Assembly: GCA_947478395.1 (NCBI GenBank)
Contig: CANJVR010000003.1
Coordinates: forward strand, 128,001 to 192,000
From: Opitutia bacterium
Lineage (GTDB): Bacteria; Verrucomicrobiota; Verrucomicrobiia; Opitutales; Opitutaceae
Length of the DNA: 64,000 nucleotides
Direction: 5' to 3'
In this document: piece after piece, positions 58,466-64,000 of the stretch
Layout of the letters: each line of letters begins with the position of its first letter
Numbering within the stretch: the first letter of the stretch is position 1
Notes under the pieces: model-generated
Told to the model about the DNA's origin: nothing
What the model saw: the letters and a program-made list of their open reading frames with translations, nothing else
Database searches by the model: none
Translations under genes and position numbers: made by a program

Positions 58466-58714
58466 TTACTTCTCCTTGCCGCCGCCGCTCTTCTTTTTGC
58501 CGCCGCCGCTGTGGAGTAACGTGCCCGCGAGGACGCCCACGGCGAAGACGCCGAAATAAATCAAACCTGCGGCCGCGCGGATCGGAGTCTTCGTCGTCGC
58601 TTCCAGCATCGGGAAATGGAAATCGATCATGTGCGTGTTGTTCATGCCCACGTAGAGCATAACGAAAAGCAGCCCGAGGAAGACGATGGACTTTAAGACG
58701 GCGGAAAAGCTCAT
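58466..58714 (-). CDS. Small membrane protein, LapA/DUF1049-like
   Basis: Two hydrophobic helices flanking N...I.F.F; basic tail. Confidence 0.6.
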   Translation of the reverse strand: MSFSAVLKSIVFLGLLFVMLYVGMNNTHMIDFHFPMLEATTKTPIRAAAGLIYFGVFAVGVLAGTLLHSGGGKKKSGGGKEK

Positions 58715-58963
58715 GGGCCAAAACCGTGACGCATTGCCCGCAGCTTGGCGAGCGTTTGCACGCCGGCTGATGAACACGCGAAACGATCTGATGTCGGTCA
58801 AGTCATCCCAACGTCTCTTCCTGGCGCTACCTTGCTCATCGAGACATGTAATGAGCGACGGCCCTGCGGCGGATTGGAGTAAAATCTAACGCGCGCATGT
58901 CGGCCTGCGACAGTCCGGCGGACGCCGGGAGGAATTTCGGCGCCCCTTCCGGTCGTTTTTGCC

Positions 58964-58996
58964 AAAAAAACGGCGCCGTTTTTCAACGGCGCCGTT
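58964..58996 (-). terminator. Intrinsic terminator after the TonB receptor
   Basis: Minus strand AACGGCGCCGTT-GAAA-AACGGCGCCGTT followed by a T-run. Confidence 0.8.
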
Positions 58997-59025
58997 GGGC
59001 AAGTCACGCGATGCGTCGAGACCGA

Positions 59026-62000
59026 TCAGAGATCGAACGTCGCGGTGAAGACAAACGTCCGGGGATCGATGATACGGAACGTGTGGGGCGAGCCATCCGG
59101 GTAGGCTCCCACCGCTTGCAGACGCGCTTTCGATTCCTGGACATTGCGCACATTGAGTTGGAAACGGGCGCGGACCTTGTCGTTAAACAGCTTCGTATTG
59201 TACGAGGCGAAGGCGTCGACGTACATGTTGGCCTTGTCGTACACCGGGCGGTTGGCGTCGTACTGGGTCGCGATGGTGATGTCGCCATTGATCGGAACGC
59301 CGTAGTAGCCGATCGCGCCTTTGCTTTCCCAACGGTAACCTGCTCCCACCGTCATGTTCTTCAGGATGGCCTGCTGCGAATACTTAGCGAGGCGGAGGCT
59401 CGTGTTCAGGTTAAAGCGCCACTCGCGGATTTCGGGGCGGCTCTTGCCTTCGGTGGCTCGAGCGAGGCCGATAGGCGAGACCACGTTACCCTGCAGGAAC
59501 GTGTTTGCGGCGCTACCGCCGGTCGCGACCGGACCGGTTGCGATGTATTGCTGCGTGAACCACAAACCACCGGTGCGGGGATCGATAATTGAATTCCACA
59601 CGGGCAAGCGGGCCTCGACCCATGCCGGAATGTGCGGCGCCACGTTCGAATCAATCGATGCCTGGCGGGTGAGATTGGCCTTCAACGTCCAGTAGCTGTC
59701 CGGGTTAACATGGAGTTCGATTTCGTCACCCTTCGACGTTTGGTCCTGGGTTTCGCTGATGGTGTTTCCCACGAACGCCGCATTCTGCTCCGGCGTGATT
59801 TTCATGATATTGTAGACGGCCGATTCCACTTGGGCCGAGCTGAAACCCGGATTGGCGGCGGCGACCCACAAGCGGGACTGCTTCTGCAAGCTGAAGTTGT
59901 CGTTGTTGCCGGCGAAGTTTTCCAGGTCGAGGCGCAATGTGCGCTGGCCGAAGGTACCGGCCTGACCGTTGCGCGTGTTGATCGACTTGTTCTCGTAGCG
60001 GTTGACCCGGAGTACGACTTTGTTGGTCCAGAGATTGACCGAGAAGCCGTAGTCATTGCCCGTGGAAGTGGGATTTTCGAGTTGCTCGAGAGTCACGCTG
60101 ATCGCGGGCACTTCAGGGAGGAAGCTGTCGGATTTGTTGTAGTGAACATTCATGCCGGCAAGTAAGCCGGCGATGAATCCACCAGCGCCACCGTTGGCGG
60201 CGATCTTATCGATTGCCTGCCAGCCACGGAACGGACGCGCGACGACGCCCTTGGTCGTCGTATCGCCGGAGCGCTTCGCCCAGTCGCCCACCCATCCATC
60301 CATCGCGGCGAAATCGAACTCGTAACCGTTCGATTTCAACACGGCAGGACGCCCGAACTTGTTGTTATTTTCGTCGTGACGTTTACCGAAGGTCGCAACG
60401 ATTCGGTCATTCCAGAGATTGTTCTGCAACACGGCGCCGCGCGTGTTGATCAGATTCTGCGAGGCGAAGTTGCCGCCTGACCCTTCCTGAATCGCGGATT
60501 CGGCCAACGCCACGGGATCGTTCACCCATTGATTCGTCTGGGGATTAAACCAGACGAAGGGATAGTTGCCATATTTGAAGACGCCGGGCGAGTAGTCGAC
60601 GTTCTGGCCGACGTTGTCGCCGACGTAATAATTGAACATACCGCGCAAAACGGCGGGTCCGACGACGCCCGATTGGTTGGCCTTGGGCGCGCCAGCCGGG
60701 GCATAGATCGGGCTGTCGGTGATGTTCACATCACGGTAGCGGTAACTGCGCTGCTTGGTGAGGCGTTCCTCGGCGTAGCCGACGAGTTGGTGCCGACCGA
60801 GCCACTGCATCCAATTGGTTTTTGGCGTGAAATCCAAGGTATACGCGGCCTGACCACGGTACGTGTCGCGCACGTACGGCTGGCTCGAGTGCGTCGGCTC
60901 GCCCACCCCCATGTAGGGCCGCATGAAGTACGGATTGGCCCGGCCGTCGAGAAGCTTGGAGTTTACATCCACGTAAAGGTAGTTGCTGTTGCCGCCGGCC
61001 GAAGACTGGCCGATGAAATTCAGATTGCTGCGGCGGGCGCTTTCGTGATTCCAGCCGAGCTGGAACGCGAGTTTGTTCATCTGGCCGTCGAGCACGATTT
61101 GTTCGAGTTCGACCGTGGTGTTCTCGTTGTGATCTTTGATCGAGTTGATGCCCGCCAGATTGATGTCCGAGTAGTCGTAAATCGCTTTGCTGGAAATGCC
61201 GCGTACGGTGGAGTAGAGCGGGTGATTCGTGCGTACGGGATCGGGAATGGTGGTGAGCAAACGCTGCGTGCCACCGGTGTTGGCCGGGCCATTGATGGCG
61301 GTGGCGGCGGGGGTCGCTTGAATGGTCCAGAGCGCGAGGCCGCTCTGATCGATAAAGAGCGCGGATCGCCCGGCCAAGGTGAAGGTGGTCAGACCCGTGG
61401 GATTGGTTGTACCGGTGACGGTCGAGACACCATTCGCGGTGACCGTGGACGTGATCGGGTCCCAAGTTGGGGAGCCGAGATTGTTTTTCCAGTAGGATAC
61501 GGCGTCACGCGGGGTGAGCGTGTTGGGGCGGGTGCCGAAGAAGTCGTAAACGGAAAACGAGGCGCGGACGGTGGTGGTGCGGAATGGCTGCGCGCGCACC
61601 ATGAAATTGTAGCGACGAGTCGTGCCGCCCGACGGCTTTTGGTTGTAGGCGTCGTGCTGGTAGACCGTGCTCGCGCGAATGGCGAGTTTGTCCTTGAAAA
61701 TTGGCCGGTTGACGTCGAGCGAGGTGCGATAACCGCCGAGGGCGTCGACGCGGGCTTCGACGGTGCTGATCGCGCGGCGCAGATTGGCGGTGGCGCCCAC
61801 GAGATTGACGGTGCCGGAACCCTGGCCGAGGCCGAAGATGTTCGAGTTAGGTCCACGGCTGATTTCGACGGCTTCGATGCCGATCGGGTCGATCGGAACG
61901 CGGCCGCTGCTGGCGAAATTGTTGAGCGCAATGTTGGCGGCGGAGCCACCACGGACGCGATTCGCGCCCTGCGGGTTGTTCTGGATGTTGTCGGTGACCA

Positions 62001-62457
62001 TACCATTTCGGTCGACCGAGTAATCCGTGTAGTTGCCGGTGCCTTCCGTGCTGCTCTCGTAGTTGAAGATGTCGTTGATATCGAGCATCGCGAAATCCTG
62101 CATCTGGGCCTTGGTCACGACGGAAATCGATGATGCCAGATCCTCGATCTTCGCGTTGAGACGGGTGCCCGACATGGTGTTCGCGGCGAAATAGCCGTTA
62201 CCGGACTCCTTAACCTCGAAGACCGAGAGCTGCACCGCATCGTCGGCGCGCATGTTTGCCAGCTCCGCTTCGTCGAGTTTTCCGTCGTGGTTGAGATCGT
62301 ATTTCGCCAGCTGGGCTGACGAAATCGGCGCGGCGGCGGCAACCGCTTGGGCGTAACCGGCGTGGCAGATGAACGATGCCAGGCAGAGCGCCGCGAACAA
62401 CGTTTTGATATCCGTCGCAGGAATGCGATGGGACAGGGGTGGATGCGATGTGGTCAT
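59026..62457 (-). CDS. Large TonB-dependent receptor with an N-terminal EF-hand-like motif
   Basis: VQLSVFEV TonB box, GYFAANTMSGTRL, plug VEISRGPNS, C-terminal FQLNVRN...PRTFVFTATFDL. Confidence 0.9.
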   Translation of the reverse strand: MTTSHPPLSHRIPATDIKTLFAALCLASFICHAGYAQAVAAAAPISSAQLAKYDLNHDGKLDEAELANMRADDAVQLSVFEVKESGNGYFAANTMSGTRLNAKIEDLASSISVVTKAQMQDFAMLDINDIFNYESSTEGTGNYTDYSVDRNGMVTDNIQNNPQGANRVRGGSAANIALNNFASSGRVPIDPIGIEAVEISRGPNSNIFGLGQGSGTVNLVGATANLRRAISTVEARVDALGGYRTSLDVNRPIFKDKLAIRASTVYQHDAYNQKPSGGTTRRYNFMVRAQPFRTTTVRASFSVYDFFGTRPNTLTPRDAVSYWKNNLGSPTWDPITSTVTANGVSTVTGTTNPTGLTTFTLAGRSALFIDQSGLALWTIQATPAATAINGPANTGGTQRLLTTIPDPVRTNHPLYSTVRGISSKAIYDYSDINLAGINSIKDHNENTTVELEQIVLDGQMNKLAFQLGWNHESARRSNLNFIGQSSAGGNSNYLYVDVNSKLLDGRANPYFMRPYMGVGEPTHSSQPYVRDTYRGQAAYTLDFTPKTNWMQWLGRHQLVGYAEERLTKQRSYRYRDVNITDSPIYAPAGAPKANQSGVVGPAVLRGMFNYYVGDNVGQNVDYSPGVFKYGNYPFVWFNPQTNQWVNDPVALAESAIQEGSGGNFASQNLINTRGAVLQNNLWNDRIVATFGKRHDENNNKFGRPAVLKSNGYEFDFAAMDGWVGDWAKRSGDTTTKGVVARPFRGWQAIDKIAANGGAGGFIAGLLAGMNVHYNKSDSFLPEVPAISVTLEQLENPTSTGNDYGFSVNLWTNKVVLRVNRYENKSINTRNGQAGTFGQRTLRLDLENFAGNNDNFSLQKQSRLWVAAANPGFSSAQVESAVYNIMKITPEQNAAFVGNTISETQDQTSKGDEIELHVNPDSYWTLKANLTRQASIDSNVAPHIPAWVEARLPVWNSIIDPRTGGLWFTQQYIATGPVATGGSAANTFLQGNVVSPIGLARATEGKSRPEIREWRFNLNTSLRLAKYSQQAILKNMTVGAGYRWESKGAIGYYGVPINGDITIATQYDANRPVYDKANMYVDAFASYNTKLFNDKVRARFQLNVRNVQESKARLQAVGAYPDGSPHTFRIIDPRTFVFTATFDL

Positions 62458-62488
62458 GGAGGGTGAGTTTAGGAAAATGAGGGGCTTT

Positions 62489-64000
62489 TCAGGGGTGGGA
62501 GGGCTGCCACTCGAAATAGGAATCGTAGCCGGCGGTGAGATTGCGTGCCAGCCAAGTCCGATATTCATGATCCGCGAGGCGGGTCACGTCACGTTTTTTA
62601 ATGAGCGTCGTGTTCGTGTAGATCACGACCGTTTGGCGGCCATTGACGGTCGACGTGCAAATCAGTTCGTCGCGGAAATCTCCGCCGAGATCCGCCGCGT
62701 ACATAACGCGCCCTTCGCCCTCGTTCGGACCCGGATCGGGTAGCTCGGTAAATTTTCGGCCTGCAAAATAACCCAGCGTCCGGCCGTTGCCGGACATGAG
62801 CTCGTGCTTGTCGCCGCCCAGCCAGTTCACCGGTTTCCACGCGCCGATCCAAGGGCTCAGGATCACCTTGCCCTGCGCGTCGAAGAGCAACGTGTCGCGA
62901 ATGAGATGCCCGTCGCGATTGGTTTCCATTTCCATACCCGGCGAGTCCGCGATGATATCGGCGACCCACCCGGTGTGCGCATGGGTCCAGCGCGGATCGT
63001 CCTCGCGATTCGTTTTCCAAATGACTTTCCCGGTGTCGGCGTCGACGACGTAGGCACCGGCGTTGGTGTTGTCCTCGACGGCAAAGTAAACCTGCCGGCC
63101 GGGGCGGCCAGGGATGATGTGCTTGACCGCGACGGTGTCGGGATGCCCAGCGTAGATCGACCAGCGCACGGTACCGTCGGAGTTGAGACACGTGGTGCCG
63201 TCGAAGACCTCATCCCGACCGTCGCCGTTTACGTCGGCGTTGACGATGTAGTGGGCACCGCTGCCATTCGTTTCGCCGAAACTCTTGAACTGCCACAACT
63301 GCTTGAGCGTCCGGCCGTCGTAGGCGGTGAAGATCTCGTTTTCGTAGAGGCCGGATTGCGTGATGATCGCCGGGTTTTTCCCGTCGAGGTAAGCGATGCC
63401 CATCACGATGCGCGTCGACGAGCGGGAGAAATCGGAGACCAGCGGCGTCCACGGCGTTTTGCGCAGGGTTTCGCCGGTCAGGCCGTCGAGCACGCCAAGA
63501 TAAACCTGGTCGCCCTCCTGGATGCGGGCCACCACCTCGCATTTGCCGTCACCATCGAGATCGTAGAGCAGGACCGGGCTGTTGTTGTGGCTGCCGAAAC
63601 ACTGCGCGTGCCACACGAGCGGGCGGCGCCAGATGCTTTTGCCGTAGCTGGTGAATGCTTCGATCTCGACTGGGACGCCGGGATCGGCAGAGCGCTCGTT
63701 GATGCCGTTATCGAGCCGGAAAACCGCATCCATCACGCCGTCCCCATTCAGATCGCCGAAGGCCGCGGTGAAGCCGCCGGTGCGGACGTTGGGTGTGAAA
63801 CGCGCGATTTCGCCGCTGCGTTTTTCCGTGGGCTCGAAGCCGACCCATTCCGACGGCGGACCCTCGCGTCCGTCGGCGAGCACGGCCCGCACGCGATAAT
63901 ACGAGCGGAATTCGCCGTCGGGCTGATCCGGACCTTCACCGCGCGTATGTTGCGTGGCTCGCGGCCCCGGAGGATTGAGATCGATGAAATTAGTCGAATC
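62489..64000 (-). CDS. Rhamnogalacturonan lyase family 11-like beta-propeller protein, 5' end outside the window
   Basis: Frame open to the window edge (DSTNFID...YYRVRAV); repeated DxDGDG Ca-binding loops (GDLNGDG, YDLDGDGKCEV, AYLDG, ADVNGDGRDE, ADLGGDFRDEL). Confidence 0.75.
   Translation of the reverse strand, partial: DSTNFIDLNPPGPRATQHTRGEGPDQPDGEFRSYYRVRAVLADGREGPPSEWVGFEPTEKRSGEIARFTPNVRTGGFTAAFGDLNGDGVMDAVFRLDNGINERSADPGVPVEIEAFTSYGKSIWRRPLVWHAQCFGSHNNSPVLLYDLDGDGKCEVVARIQEGDQVYLGVLDGLTGETLRKTPWTPLVSDFSRSSTRIVMGIAYLDGKNPAIITQSGLYENEIFTAYDGRTLKQLWQFKSFGETNGSGAHYIVNADVNGDGRDEVFDGTTCLNSDGTVRWSIYAGHPDTVAVKHIIPGRPGRQVYFAVEDNTNAGAYVVDADTGKVIWKTNREDDPRWTHAHTGWVADIIADSPGMEMETNRDGHLIRDTLLFDAQGKVILSPWIGAWKPVNWLGGDKHELMSGNGRTLGYFAGRKFTELPDPGPNEGEGRVMYAADLGGDFRDELICTSTVNGRQTVVIYTNTTLIKKRDVTRLADHEYRTWLARNLTAGYDSYFEWQPSHP

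Overview
GC-rich bacterial chromosomal window, most consistent with an Opitutaceae (Verrucomicrobiota) genome; this is inferred from gene content and protein style. It is mostly core genome: tRNA-Gln, valS, glnD with a GAF histidine kinase, trxB, a Fur-family gene with sufCBD-sufT, a polyprenyl synthase, a bS22-like small protein, addAB, rpsT, RNase P RNA, gyrB/gyrA, a deoxynucleoside catabolism cluster and a TrmH methylase. Accessory genes include chrB, a GH2 glycosidase, a sulfatase, a phosphatase, two TonB-dependent receptors, an Ig-repeat protein and a PL11-like lyase. I saw no CRISPR array, prophage or transposase. The most notable items are: (1) a five-copy ~140-bp composite element, with MITE-like terminal inverted repeats around a GTAG-REP doublet, that overlaps the stop codons of three genes; (2) a hicB-hicA cassette between gyrB and gyrA whose toxin carries an in-frame amber codon; (3) two Irr/ICE-like boxes upstream of a Fur-family gene lacking CxxC motifs and the suf operon; (4) a recurrent TTGnnn-N17-(C/G)AnnnT-N6-10-ATG promoter pattern suggesting leaderless mRNAs; (5) a candidate structured RNA upstream of the prenyl synthase; (6) a decayed OprB porin; (7) a split ALDH16-like dehydrogenase; and (8) a Pho-box-like array. 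None of these has been verified computationally.
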